Origin: a virus
Lineage: Duplodnaviria; Heunggongvirae; Uroviricota; Caudoviricetes
Length of the DNA: 55,951 bases
Reading direction: 5' to 3' (one strand)
Virus record (IMG/VR): IMGVR_UViG_2690316248_000012
Location: 1 to 55,951 of that record
In this document: positions 20,002-29,699 of the stretch, one piece after another
How the letters are laid out: each line of letters begins with the position of its first letter
How positions within the stretch are numbered: the stretch's first letter is position 1
Notes under the pieces: model-generated
What the model was told of the DNA's origin: nothing
The model's input: the letters and a program-made list of their open reading frames with translations, nothing else
Databases searched by the model: none
Position numbers and translations under genes: made by a program

Positions 20002-20351
20002 GAGATAAATGAAGGGGGATCCGTGAGATAAATAACGAATTGGAGTGGGTTAACATGGGTTCTGGTGAACAGAACTGAAATTCTTTTCCGCTATACGATA
20101 GATAAGTCGGGCATTGAAATCATCCTTCCTGGCAACTTAGAATCGAGTTTGCTGAAACATGACCCGCAACAAAAAGGATGATTCCAATGACTACTCAAAA
20201 CAATAAGCATGATAGCCTGGATTACTCAGAAAAGCCCAAAAGCAAGCACATCGTGACGTTCGAGCGCGATTCCGGTAGAAAAGGAGAATCGTCTTCCTCT
20301 GCCAATAAAACCACTATGCCGGCAGCCCCTGCCCCAGGGAAAAAATAAACA

Positions 20352-20986
20352 TCATTCATCGTTCGTTGCACGAACGCGCCTGATCTCCACTCTGGCAATC
20401 TGATCTGCTGGAATATAGGTTGCCAGAGCTCCCCAATACTTATCAACCACGCCTTTATACTCTTCCCATTCGTTACTGCCTGAAGGGCTGCTGTGCGTGA
20501 CGTAAAGAACCATATCGCCTTTATTCCCCAGGGTAAACGGACCGTTAGGCCACTCTTCAAAATTCCCTGGCAGCCGTGACATCATACCGGAACCATCGCG
20601 AAGAATCACTCTGACCTCGGTAACGCTGAAGCCTGTTTGATCAAACATTGCCTGCCATGCTGAGCTGGTATCGTCAGACCATGAAATATCATTATTCCAC
20701 AGTAATCTGTACATCCATTTGCGACCGTACCTGCGCCACCACGCACCGCATGTAACGGCACACAGAAGTGCTGGTGGTGTTGCCAGCCAGGCATTCAGAC
20801 CTGCCCACATAACAGCCTGGTAAGCCATCATTGCCGTCAGGCCAAAAATCAGCGAAGAAAAAGTCACCTCAATGGGCTTGTGGTGATCCTTCAGTCCCAC
20901 ATTCGCAATAAAATACCCAATATAGCCACTGGTCAGGGTCACCAGTGTTGCCCATGGCAGATTTAACAACGAAACGTCAAACATAT
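20352..20986 (-). CDS. membrane protein of unknown function (N-terminal transmembrane helices, C-terminal soluble domain)
   Basis: Start trimmed to MFDVSLL with GGAG 7 nt upstream (ORF track start 21062); no recognisable catalytic motif. Confidence 0.5.
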
Positions 20987-21098
20987 TTTCTCCCTGTATC
21001 CTGAATACTACAGAGAGAGCATAAAAAAAGCACGGTAAGGGGTCTACCGTGCTTTTATACAATAAGGGGATTTTTGAAAGGACTTTAACAAGCAGGAA

Positions 21099-21497
21099 TT
21101 ATCTGGATTTGTTAACGTCTCTCGTCTCCTCCGGCAGATCTTCATCAAATAACCTGCCCTGCATCCGATCCAGTTCTTCTTTTCTGACCCGCTTAACCAC
21201 GCTGTAGACCCACTGAAGCGAAACACCAAACTTGCGGGCCAGTTCATGGTGGTTACGTCCGTTAAACTCCCTGAATATTTCCCGGTCGCGCTGACTGACC
21301 TTCCATACCATGCCCATCGGGAAATAAACGTTTTGCCCGCCCCAGACCTGCATCATGCGGTTCGCGACGGCCTGACCAATCTGGTCGGCAATTGCGGGCT
21401 CAATATCAATAATCTCGCGAACGGTCTCAGAGGTATGCTGTGCCAGTTCCACCAGGAGTTCCGGCCCTTTACTTCGAAACTGATTCAGGTCGCTCAT
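21099..21497 (-). CDS. mor: Mor/C-family transcriptional activator
   Basis: 132 aa; follows gemA as in Mu; C-terminal HTH region (HELARKFGVSLQWVYSVV). Confidence 0.7.
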   Translation of the reverse strand: MSDLNQFRSKGPELLVELAQHTSETVREIIDIEPAIADQIGQAVANRMMQVWGGQNVYFPMGMVWKVSQRDREIFREFNGRNHHELARKFGVSLQWVYSVVKRVRKEELDRMQGRLFDEDLPEETRDVNKSR

Positions 21498-21918
21498 GTT
21501 TTACTCCTGCAGCTCTGCGCTGCCACTTCTTCAGTTTCTCAATAACACTGCTTGCCTGTTCAGTACTGAGCCAGCGCAGAGCGCTGATGTCCGTTTCCCG
21601 CTTGATCCACCGCGCTAATGCATTTTCTGAACGGTCACGAACAATGCCGGCAGCAGCCATTTCAAGCCATAGTGCACGGATTTTCCTGGACTGCGGATGG
21701 TTATCCAGCGGTAAACCGGAGCTGGCTTTTCCGGCAGGCTTAACGCGAAAGCCTTTCTTTTTCATGGACTCAAGCACGCAGTTTAGTTGTGTGATATCCA
21801 TTACTTTGGTTGAGGCCTTACCAGTCAGCCCCTGTAACACCTGGCGGTAGGTGTCTTCATCCATACCCAGTTCATTACGGGCAATATGGATAAGCTGAAT
21901 CAGTCGTTTTTTCTGCAT
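21469..21918 (-). CDS. gemA: GemA-like regulatory protein (Mu gp16 family)
   Basis: 149 aa; position immediately upstream of mor; basic C-terminal region. Confidence 0.6.
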   Translation of the reverse strand: MQKKRLIQLIHIARNELGMDEDTYRQVLQGLTGKASTKVMDITQLNCVLESMKKKGFRVKPAGKASSGLPLDNHPQSRKIRALWLEMAAAGIVRDRSENALARWIKRETDISALRWLSTEQASSVIEKLKKWQRRAAGVKHERPESVSK

Positions 21919-21919
21919 A

Positions 21920-22144
21920 TCAGCCCCGCTTTTTCAGTCTGCCAGCAGCAATGTCAGTTGCAGCCGGCAGGGTCACAGGCCAGAACAGTATGACAGCTGT
22001 CATATACAGGATGTAATACGCGGTGTCATAGTGGTTACCGAAGCCCAGTGCATAATGAAGCCGGGCACTGCATAATCCTGCATATGTGTACCAGAAAAGA
22101 AAACAGGCAATAGTTTCAGCCATTATATTTTTTCTCCAGTTCAA
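21920..22144 (-). CDS. small membrane protein, unknown function
   Basis: 74 aa, two hydrophobic helices; part of early accessory block. Confidence 0.4.
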   Translation of the reverse strand: MNWRKNIMAETIACFLFWYTYAGLCSARLHYALGFGNHYDTAYYILYMTAVILFWPVTLPAATDIAAGRLKKRG

Positions 22145-22526
22145 TATTTTTCAGGTCATTTTCCGCAAACAGGATTGCTGTTCTGGCACTCCGCAATCGT
22201 GCTTTCGCATTTTTTTCTTCACGTTCAAGGCCAGCGACAGATTCACGAAGAGCTTCTCGCTTTTTATGAAGACGATTAATTTCATGCACGATATTTTCAG
22301 CATTACGGGCACGGTCAAGGATAAATTCAAATGGATCCAGTACAGCCCCGCACAGTGAACAGGTCAGCGTCCGGTTGATTTCAGAGACTGTTGTCCGGGC
22401 ATGCCGGCACAGGTTTTGTTCGTTATTCTTTCGTTCAGAAATAACCACGTTCAGCAGTTTTTTGGCTTCTGCATCAGGAGCTGGCTGAAGCAAATGAATA
22501 ATGTTATCGCTGTCGTTATCCATTAT
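22116..22526 (-). CDS. hypothetical protein with Cys-rich segment and coiled coil
   Basis: Start trimmed to MDNDSDN; CRHARTTVSEINRTLTCSLCG segment then heptad-rich C-terminus. Confidence 0.4.
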   Translation of the reverse strand: MMDNDSDNIIHLLQPAPDAEAKKLLNVVISERKNNEQNLCRHARTTVSEINRTLTCSLCGAVLDPFEFILDRARNAENIVHEINRLHKKREALRESVAGLEREEKNAKARLRSARTAILFAENDLKNIELEKKYNG

Positions 22527-23241
22527 ATGCCTCCAGTTTCTGTTGTTCCTGCCCACTGACCGGTCGGTGCAGTCTGACGTTCTGCCCTTCTCGAAACCCC
22601 GCATAGCGCGAGGCGTCGCCATTGCGGCTTCTTCCCGGTTTACGCGCCCTGGTGGTTTGCGTCTGCGGGTATTTATGTTCCAGCCACTGCTGCATCAGTT
22701 CACGCTCATCATCGGTCAGGGCAAAGGACTGTATTTCACTGATAACGGCCAGCACCCAGCCTTCGGCAAACTGGTCTCCACGGCTGGTGCGGGTGGCGGT
22801 TTTTATTCTTTTGTTCTGTGCACTGATATACTGCTGACGCGCCTTTTTCAGCTGACGGGCCAGCACTTCCCAGGTGTATGCAGCCAGTGCCGCACGTTCC
22901 CGGTTGCCGTAGAACCCCACAGACGGATGCGTGCCGGGGTGAATGATGGAGTTAACACCAAATACCTCGCGGATGATGTTCATCAGGCCCAGCATGTAGC
23001 GCGGTGGACGGAGACTGCCTGTCGGCCAGTAGTGACTGATGGTTTCATCAATATCACTCATAGCAATGTCGGAATGTGTGATGCCGTGAACATCCATCAG
23101 TTTACGGGCTCGGCGCAGTGCCAGAGCGGCCTCGTGCGGGTTGCCGGATGCGGCCAGCGCCAGCAACTTTTTCAGTTTCTCAATGTGTTTATTCTGGTCT
23201 GTCATTGTTCTGTATCTCCGGTATTTTTCTGCCGTTTCCAT
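22516..23241 (-). CDS. hypothetical early protein (possibly DUF2786-like N-terminus)
   Basis: 241 aa; KLKKLLALAASGNPHEAALALRRARKLM helix pair; early accessory region. Confidence 0.4.
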   Translation of the reverse strand: METAEKYRRYRTMTDQNKHIEKLKKLLALAASGNPHEAALALRRARKLMDVHGITHSDIAMSDIDETISHYWPTGSLRPPRYMLGLMNIIREVFGVNSIIHPGTHPSVGFYGNRERAALAAYTWEVLARQLKKARQQYISAQNKRIKTATRTSRGDQFAEGWVLAVISEIQSFALTDDERELMQQWLEHKYPQTQTTRARKPGRSRNGDASRYAGFREGQNVRLHRPVSGQEQQKLEAYNG

Positions 23242-23417
23242 GCCCGGACAGCGTCGGACAGCTCTTTCAGGCTGTATGCTGCTTTAAGCTTTTCCCATAA
23301 CCACTGTGTTGTTATGTGCATCAGCAGGGCAGCCAGGGCTGCCCCCGCACTGAGGCATGTCGCCAGGCCAGTAAGAATCAGTATCCATGCGGTGATTTCC
23401 CTGAGTATGTCAGCCAT
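23202..23417 (-). CDS. small membrane protein
   Basis: 71 aa with one long hydrophobic helix. Confidence 0.35.
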   Translation of the reverse strand: MADILREITAWILILTGLATCLSAGAALAALLMHITTQWLWEKLKAAYSLKELSDAVRAWKRQKNTGDTEQ

Positions 23418-23431
23418 TGAATGCCTCCCGG

Positions 23432-23728
23432 TTACTCGTTCGTGTAAATCACGCCCAGTCGTGCAGCCAGACGTTCCAGTTTTTTCTGTTTGTGGAAGTC
23501 AATCAGCCGGTCCATCCCCTGAAGGCGCAATTGCTCTGTCATGATTTCCACGTCTGCCAGCTCTGCCGCGAGGTCGCTTTCGCTGCCCTGTCCGTTCAGA
23601 TTGCGGGCAGCACTGGCCGCCAGTTCAGCGGCCTCTTCTGTCAGTTTCAGGGCCTGTGCGTCCGGCCCGAAACGCTGCAGGGCCAGACGGTAGAGGGCGG
23701 TGCGGGTGAGTATGGTGTTCCGTGTCAT
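23432..23728 (-). CDS. hypothetical protein
   Basis: 98 aa, helical; tightly packed in early operon. Confidence 0.4.
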   Translation of the reverse strand: MTRNTILTRTALYRLALQRFGPDAQALKLTEEAAELAASAARNLNGQGSESDLAAELADVEIMTEQLRLQGMDRLIDFHKQKKLERLAARLGVIYTNE

Positions 23729-23737
23729 GCCGCGCCC

Positions 23738-24010
23738 TCAGTGCTTCCGGCTGACGGTGATGTGCAGGCCGCCTTCTGCAGTGGTTTCCATCCGGTACGG
23801 CACCTCATGCGCTGCCGTGTGGGTTAGTGTGTTCACCAGTACCTGCAGGGCAGCCGCCTTTCCGTTGGTCGCCACAATGGCTTGAGCGGTCATGCTGATT
23901 AGCGCCGTCAGGACGTGCTTCACATCGGTGAGGTCGCGGCATTCACACTCGTTGACATAGTGTTCAACAAGGGTTCGGGTGCGCTGTCGTGCTTCCTGTG
24001 GGGTAATCAT
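23738..24010 (-). CDS. hypothetical protein
   Basis: 90 aa; start overlaps upstream gene stop. Confidence 0.4.
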   Translation of the reverse strand: MITPQEARQRTRTLVEHYVNECECRDLTDVKHVLTALISMTAQAIVATNGKAAALQVLVNTLTHTAAHEVPYRMETTAEGGLHITVSRKH

Positions 24011-24201
24011 TGCGAGTCCTCCCTGTCAGGGCGGGAGAATTCCATGACGGGCACGTCTGCCGAAAAATGCTGGCTGCAGTACGGGCAGACCAGGGTGACG
24101 CGTACCGCAGGGATGTGGTATTTACCGGACATCACGGCGATGGCGCTGTGAAAACGCAGGGCTGTTATATCCCTCTCGCACTGAATACATTTAAATATCA
24201 T
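24007..24201 (-). CDS. small zinc-ribbon-like protein
   Basis: 64 aa with CxxC ... CPYC cysteine pairs. Confidence 0.4.
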   Translation of the reverse strand: MIFKCIQCERDITALRFHSAIAVMSGKYHIPAVRVTLVCPYCSQHFSADVPVMEFSRPDREDSQ

Positions 24202-24298
24202 GATTTAATTCTCCTCTGTTTCCGGCGTGCAGAAGCCCGCGGCGCTGACGTCGGAATAAAAAAGAAAATGTTTTTATTAAATAATTAACGTGGTGTGT

Positions 24299-24829
24299 TT
24301 ACTGCACATCCTGCTCAAAAGGAATTATTGAAAAATCCTCAATGTCGCTTTTAATGGAAATACCGGGAATATTTTTCACGGCCTCTTTTTCATTCAGGAT
24401 AGCGTCTTTATTTATTTCCTCTTTTACACGAATAAAGCGCTCAAGCCCCAGACGTCTCAGTAATTCAATAACATTATCCGCCCCACGGATACTGACTGAT
24501 GGCGGACGGTTTCGCCACTGCACCTCGCCGGTGGTGAGGTTAGCGAACTTCACCTTCCCGTTGCCGGTCAGTTCATCACGGTGTGCCTCACACCATGTCT
24601 GAATACCGGACTGCAGTTCGGCCATGCGTTTTTTCAGGCTCTCGGTGAGCGGGGCATAACGTGCGGTGATATCGCCAATGGCGTCATTCATTTCTGTTTC
24701 AGCCCTGACCAGTTCACGTTGTGCGTCACCGAGTAGTCTGATTCCCTCAATGACCTCTTCACGTGTCCCCGGCACCCAGAGTGCTGCTGCGGCCTTGATA
24801 CGTTTTGCACCTTTTGTACTTTTTGCCAT
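24299..24829 (-). CDS. gam: host-nuclease inhibitor Gam (Mu Gam family, DNA-end binding)
   Basis: 176 aa; strongly alignable by eye to Mu Gam (ETEMNDAI, WCEAHRDELT, RPPSVSIRG, GIEDFSIIPFEQ). Confidence 0.9.
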   Translation of the reverse strand: MAKSTKGAKRIKAAAALWVPGTREEVIEGIRLLGDAQRELVRAETEMNDAIGDITARYAPLTESLKKRMAELQSGIQTWCEAHRDELTGNGKVKFANLTTGEVQWRNRPPSVSIRGADNVIELLRRLGLERFIRVKEEINKDAILNEKEAVKNIPGISIKSDIEDFSIIPFEQDVQ

Positions 24830-24856
24830 TTTTTATGATTTCTCCAGTTGTGCTGA

Positions 24857-25126
24857 TTACCACAAAGATTCCGGCCACACGACGCGACAGCCGTGCAGTT
24901 CGAAAACGCCCTGACGGAAATATCCCCTGTGGTCATGTCCGGTATACAGATAACAGGCCTTTCCCTGCTCAAGCATGCGCATGCAATGCGCACTCCGGGA
25001 AACGCGGATGACAGGTTTGTTACCCCTGATGGTGATGCTTTGTACATCCGTGTTCGTCGCCTTAAGCGCCATAATGGCTGACTGCACTTTGCTGATTTGC
25101 TGGTTGATACCTGTGGTGGATTTCAT
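24857..25126 (-). CDS. hypothetical protein at the Mu kil position
   Basis: 89 aa between B and gam. Confidence 0.35.
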   Translation of the reverse strand: MKSTTGINQQISKVQSAIMALKATNTDVQSITIRGNKPVIRVSRSAHCMRMLEQGKACYLYTGHDHRGYFRQGVFELHGCRVVWPESLW

Positions 25127-25128
25127 TA

Positions 25129-26322
25129 TTAAACCCCTTTGACAACGTCAGCGTTGACCTGTGGAACCCCGATTTCAGCGGCCAGATTCATGGCGGCTAT
25201 TACCAGGTTACTGACGGCCAGCGGATACAGCAGGCTGACCATATTTTTACGGTGACTTCCCGGATTGCTCAGGCGGGCACGTATGGCATCCACTGCACCG
25301 GCGTCCATAATGTCCGTCAGCTGTTTACCGGCCCGTTGCAGTTTGAACGTCAGAAATTCTTCAAGGTTATTGTCCAGAGGCAGAAGTTCGACCACCTCAC
25401 AGCGCTGAACGACTTCACGGACTTCCATATTGCGTTCAGACAGTTTTGTCGCCAGTTCCGGCTGGCCAATCAGCACGATGGACAGCAGTTTTTTGAAACC
25501 GGACTCCAGCTCAAAAAAGCGTTTGAGGTGTTTCAGTGTCGGAATGGGCAGACTGTGGGCCTCCTCAATCACCAGAACGTGGCTGAACCCCGCCTGGCTG
25601 CTGTCTTTCAGGACGCGATGCAACTGGCGAAAGCGGGCGTCCTGACTGCGTCTGATGCTTTCCAGTGGTGCGATGGTACTGATAATGGCTTCGGCAATCG
25701 CTGCTGCCTTCAGGGTTTTCCCTTTCACATCGTTGTCTTCCATAGCGATGATGTATGGCTCGATAACAATTACCGGCGCATTCTCGCGGTTGATACGTTC
25801 AGTCAGGTCGCGGCGCAGCGTGGATTTACCCGCACCGGACTCACCGATGACGGCCATAAACCCACCATGACGGGCTGTCTGGTACAACGCCTCACGCACG
25901 TAGCGAATGTCCGGGGTGGTGAACACATCATCAGAACCCTGCATGGCTTCATCGGCGAACGGGTCACGGAAAAGACCAAACGCTTTTTTGGTTGCTGGAA
26001 ATAACACCTGTTTTTTGAGTAACATATTCTCTTCCTCACTGAGGCTCGTTTTATCTGTGGTACCCGCTGTACGGGGCGTGGCTGCGCCCTGTACAGCATC
26101 AAAACTCTTCGTTGTATCAATCCCCTGACTTTCCAGCCAGGACGCAAGACGCCGGCGCACTTCTCCGGGGCTGGTGCGGGGCCACGCGTTATGATTCACA
26201 ATCTGGGCCAGCGTGGCCTCAGAAACATCGACAGCTCTCGCCACCACCGCCTGTGGAATACGGGCCTCTTTCAGTTGCTGCTTCAGTACCAGCATGTTTC
26301 CCTCCTCAGTTGCCGTTAACAA
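25129..26322 (-). CDS. transposition ATPase (MuB/TniB-like AAA+ protein)
   Basis: 397 aa; Walker A GESGAGKST, Walker B VLVIEEAHSL; N-terminal HTH; directly downstream of the transposase. Confidence 0.8.
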   Translation of the reverse strand: MLTATEEGNMLVLKQQLKEARIPQAVVARAVDVSEATLAQIVNHNAWPRTSPGEVRRRLASWLESQGIDTTKSFDAVQGAATPRTAGTTDKTSLSEEENMLLKKQVLFPATKKAFGLFRDPFADEAMQGSDDVFTTPDIRYVREALYQTARHGGFMAVIGESGAGKSTLRRDLTERINRENAPVIVIEPYIIAMEDNDVKGKTLKAAAIAEAIISTIAPLESIRRSQDARFRQLHRVLKDSSQAGFSHVLVIEEAHSLPIPTLKHLKRFFELESGFKKLLSIVLIGQPELATKLSERNMEVREVVQRCEVVELLPLDNNLEEFLTFKLQRAGKQLTDIMDAGAVDAIRARLSNPGSHRKNMVSLLYPLAVSNLVIAAMNLAAEIGVPQVNADVVKGV

Positions 26323-28075
26323 TGCTGATAACGCTGCTGCGGGCCGGTGTGGTCAGCGTGGCCATGACTTCATCCAGTGCGGCTTCCGGTACGCCGTCCG
26401 GGTACTGTGCCGTTAACTGGCGGTAATGTTCCGGCGTCCAGGTAAGGCCGTCGGTGCTGAACTTATCGCGCAGGGCTTTCGCGGCCTCCACATGAGTCAT
26501 GGGACGTTGTTCAGTGCGCGGCCCGCGTACGTCAGAGGCCTGACCACGCTTCGGCATATAGGCCGGAAGTGTGGTGTCGTCGATATGTTTATACGGGTCA
26601 AGCCGCCCGCCGAACGGCAGCGCCTTCGCCTTGCGTGCGGCGGCTGCATCTGCGGCGTTGTCTGTACCGGTAACCAGCGCTTCGGTTTCTTTTGCCGCCA
26701 TCTGTGCCGGGGTTTCCGGCAGGGCTTTGTAACTTTCGCCAAATACCGCCGCGCCTTCAGCAAAGCCAAACTCGTTCTTTCTGACCTCTTCGACCAGGAA
26801 GAACGTCTCGTGGCCGTCCTCACCAGTCAGAACCACCTGTGCCACATCGCTGCGCCATGGGTTACGGGTAATCATCAGTTTTTCACCAACCAGTACGCCC
26901 GGTACCGTTGATACGTCAAATTCAGTGCCCCGGAACGAGACACGAAGTTTTGGCGTGACTTTGCGGAGTTCTGGTGCCGCCACAGCCAGTTCACGACATA
27001 CCTTAACGGAAGGCGCTTTTTTCAGCTGCTCAGCAGTAATCTTCAGCCAGATATCCGTGCGGGTTTTACCGTGGCGGCTGTGAACAGCCGTGGCGTTAAA
27101 GTGGCTGCGCCATTTCGCGGCCAGCGCGTTGAGTTCTTCCAGACTGTGAACCGGCCGGAACTTCAGACCCGGCTCCAGCTTGCGTTCGATAATGTCACGC
27201 GCCTTTTCCACCTGTCCGGTGGCGCGGGCGTTATGCGGCTTGTGCGCTATCAGGTCGATGCCCAGTGAGCGGCACATGTTTTTCGTCATACCCGCGGTGT
27301 TTGCCGAGCCGGGGTCGAGATAGAGTATTTTCGGCACGCCGTGCAGCACGTCTGCGCCGCCACGCTCCTGCATGGCGTTGATAAGCACAGAACACAGGTT
27401 CTCACCTGATTCCGCGCCCGTCACATACTCAACGTAAATCCAGCCGCTGGCATGGTCGGTAATCTCGTAACTCCACACGCGGTCACTGGCGATACGGGCA
27501 AGGTTAGCGGGCTTGTTCTTGTAGAACTTCGCGCTGTCCATCACCTGCAGCCCTTTATGTCCATTGCTCAGGTAGTAAAGCGTGCAGAGTGAGGCGTCAA
27601 TCTGCCAGACATGATTGGGATGCAGACTGGCCACTTCGGTATGTGGTGCAGGGGCATCCAGTTGTTCCGGGTGCAGGCCATAGTTACGCAGAGCACGGCT
27701 GATGGCATCTTCAGACAACGGGAAAAACTCACCGGTGGTTTCATCTGTTCTGCCTGCGGTGATAAAGCCGTTAGCCCGCAGGGTTTCCACTGCATCTGCG
27801 ATGGAATAGAGACGCTTACCGTTCTTGCGGGTGGCCTCACGCAGTGTGGCAGATATCAGCGCGGCTTCGTCGCGGGTCAGGGCGCTGCGCCCGGCATCGG
27901 CGCGTTTTTTGCGTTTATCAGTCACAGATACCTCCTTCAGCCTGCGCAGCAGAGTGGCGCGGGACATGCCAAGTTCAGCACAGGCAGCGTCGTATATTGC
28001 ACCGCGTTTACCATGCCCCGCGTCACGTGCCGCGCGGGCTGTTTCAACCAGTTTTTCAGTCAGTGCCGGGGTCAT
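26306..28075 (-). CDS. DDE transposase (Mu A-like, integrase-core fold)
   Basis: 589 aa; N-terminal HTH, catalytic core with HVWQIDAS and YLDPGSAN motifs; upstream of the AAA+ partner. Confidence 0.8.
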   Translation of the reverse strand: MTPALTEKLVETARAARDAGHGKRGAIYDAACAELGMSRATLLRRLKEVSVTDKRKKRADAGRSALTRDEAALISATLREATRKNGKRLYSIADAVETLRANGFITAGRTDETTGEFFPLSEDAISRALRNYGLHPEQLDAPAPHTEVASLHPNHVWQIDASLCTLYYLSNGHKGLQVMDSAKFYKNKPANLARIASDRVWSYEITDHASGWIYVEYVTGAESGENLCSVLINAMQERGGADVLHGVPKILYLDPGSANTAGMTKNMCRSLGIDLIAHKPHNARATGQVEKARDIIERKLEPGLKFRPVHSLEELNALAAKWRSHFNATAVHSRHGKTRTDIWLKITAEQLKKAPSVKVCRELAVAAPELRKVTPKLRVSFRGTEFDVSTVPGVLVGEKLMITRNPWRSDVAQVVLTGEDGHETFFLVEEVRKNEFGFAEGAAVFGESYKALPETPAQMAAKETEALVTGTDNAADAAAARKAKALPFGGRLDPYKHIDDTTLPAYMPKRGQASDVRGPRTEQRPMTHVEAAKALRDKFSTDGLTWTPEHYRQLTAQYPDGVPEAALDEVMATLTTPARSSVISIVNGN

Positions 28076-28090
28076 AGCTTGTCTTCCCTG

Positions 28091-28408
28091 TTATCCGATT
28101 CTGGCGGCAATTTTTCTGGCGAGGTCGCACAGTGTTTCGCCATCGCAGGTTTTCACCACGGTATTTACCGGTTGCGGTGCAACTACCGGGCGTAATGCTG
28201 ACTGATTCTGCAGACGTCTTATCTGCTGCATCAGCATCACCTCCATCGTCAGTACAAACGGGTGCGTCTCCTGTGCGGGTACGCAGATTTCACCGGAAGG
28301 GGTCACCACGCGGAAACCCTGCACCATCTCCGGCAGCAGATTACACAGTGCGTGCCCCAGTGCCTCCGGGCTGTCCATCAGGGTATTTTGTGTGTTATTC
28401 GTATTCAT
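28091..28408 (-). CDS. hypothetical protein
   Basis: 105 aa, immediately upstream of transposase. Confidence 0.4.
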   Translation of the reverse strand: MNTNNTQNTLMDSPEALGHALCNLLPEMVQGFRVVTPSGEICVPAQETHPFVLTMEVMLMQQIRRLQNQSALRPVVAPQPVNTVVKTCDGETLCDLARKIAARIG

Positions 28409-29328
28409 TACTGCATATCCTCCGGTCGGTTGATTTCAGGTTCCGGTTCGGTCAGCCAGGCGGGGGCATCGTTACCCGATGGAGCGGCCTCAAGGTCAAA
28501 CGTCTCACGTAATGCATGAACACTGCGTTCAATCTGGCAGACCAGACCGGCCATGAAATCTCTGGGGGTATCGATCATGTTTTTGGTGCAGTATTCACAC
28601 AGGGTCTCAAAAACACTGGACAGCCGGACGGCGATAGCCGATTCGGCCTCAACCGCTAATGCCGTCACTTCCGCCCGCAATTTTTTCAGTTCTTCGTCTG
28701 GCGGCGGAGGTTGCAGGCGCGATTTCTTCTCCAGTTTTGTGGCCAGTTCGTTGATTTTTTCGTCCTTTCCGGCAAGCACCTGTTGCTGAGCTGCGTTGGT
28801 TTCGCGCGCTTCACGCAGGGCGGCCTTCAGTTCGCGGCTGGTCATGCGATCAATATCATCAAGCGTTGCACCGGCGACGGTTCCACCATCAGCTAATGCG
28901 TCGAGTTCTTCGTCATCCAGAACCATCAGTTCATATAACTTGGTTTTTCCCAAAACGCTCAGCGCTGAGCGTTTTGGCTGTTCATCTCCATTGCCGAGAA
29001 ATTTCACGCTGGCCTGCATCATGCGACGAGCTACCTGTGGTGCTAATCCGAGGTCGTTTTCCAGAATATTTGTGAAATCACCATGCGGTTCATTTTCTTT
29101 TAAGATGATCAGCCGCTTACCCGCTTCCAACATAGATTCAGCACTCTGCGCCATATAAAAACGTGCTTCGTGAACGATGCGTTCACGTTCATAAGGCAGT
29201 CCATCACCAAACTGCTGCATGATCTCCATGCGATGCTGTGTCATGGCATTCAGGCTGACGTTGAGATCATCCGACAGCGGTACATCGGCGTTCAGTTCAG
29301 TGTTAATCGGTGATTTGGTACGTCCCAT
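28408..29328 (-). CDS. hypothetical protein (possibly DUF3102-like)
   Basis: 306 aa, acidic, coiled-coil centre; between ner and transposase. Confidence 0.4.
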   Translation of the reverse strand: MGRTKSPINTELNADVPLSDDLNVSLNAMTQHRMEIMQQFGDGLPYERERIVHEARFYMAQSAESMLEAGKRLIILKENEPHGDFTNILENDLGLAPQVARRMMQASVKFLGNGDEQPKRSALSVLGKTKLYELMVLDDEELDALADGGTVAGATLDDIDRMTSRELKAALREARETNAAQQQVLAGKDEKINELATKLEKKSRLQPPPPDEELKKLRAEVTALAVEAESAIAVRLSSVFETLCEYCTKNMIDTPRDFMAGLVCQIERSVHALRETFDLEAAPSGNDAPAWLTEPEPEINRPEDMQ

Positions 29329-29338
29329 TGATTACTCC

Positions 29339-29653
29339 TTACAAACGACTACCTGAAATGACACGTTGGTTAATTTCGTTAATACGATCCTGTGCACGTG
29401 CCATCTCGTTACTGTGGGCCATGGCGATCTGCAGTAACTGGATGCCCGGTGCAAAACGTCCGTTCTCCAGTTTCAGAGCCAGCCCTTCTTCAATGAGGGT
29501 GTTGAGTGCCCGGTTGATGTTTGCCGGTGACTCGTGCAGTGCTGTCGCCAGTTCACCGTTAGAAATACCGTTCAGGGCATGACCGCGCAGCGCTTTGAGT
29601 ACCCGGAGGATGCGACTGCCGGAGCTTGAAACATTCGTCTTACTCATCTGCAT
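29339..29653 (-). CDS. winged-helix DNA-binding protein (MarR/IclR-like HTH)
   Basis: 104 aa; ILRVLKAL...GELATALHESPANINRALNTL helix-turn-helix. Confidence 0.45.
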   Translation of the reverse strand: MQMSKTNVSSSGSRILRVLKALRGHALNGISNGELATALHESPANINRALNTLIEEGLALKLENGRFAPGIQLLQIAMAHSNEMARAQDRINEINQRVISGSRL

Positions 29654-29699
29654 ACCTCTTTTGCGATATGTGATAACCTTTTACAAAGACTCAAAATAT

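Noticed and set aside
20222-20560. 112-aa minus-strand ORF
   Set aside because: Mostly overlaps the 3' part of the membrane protein gene in another frame; no independent support.
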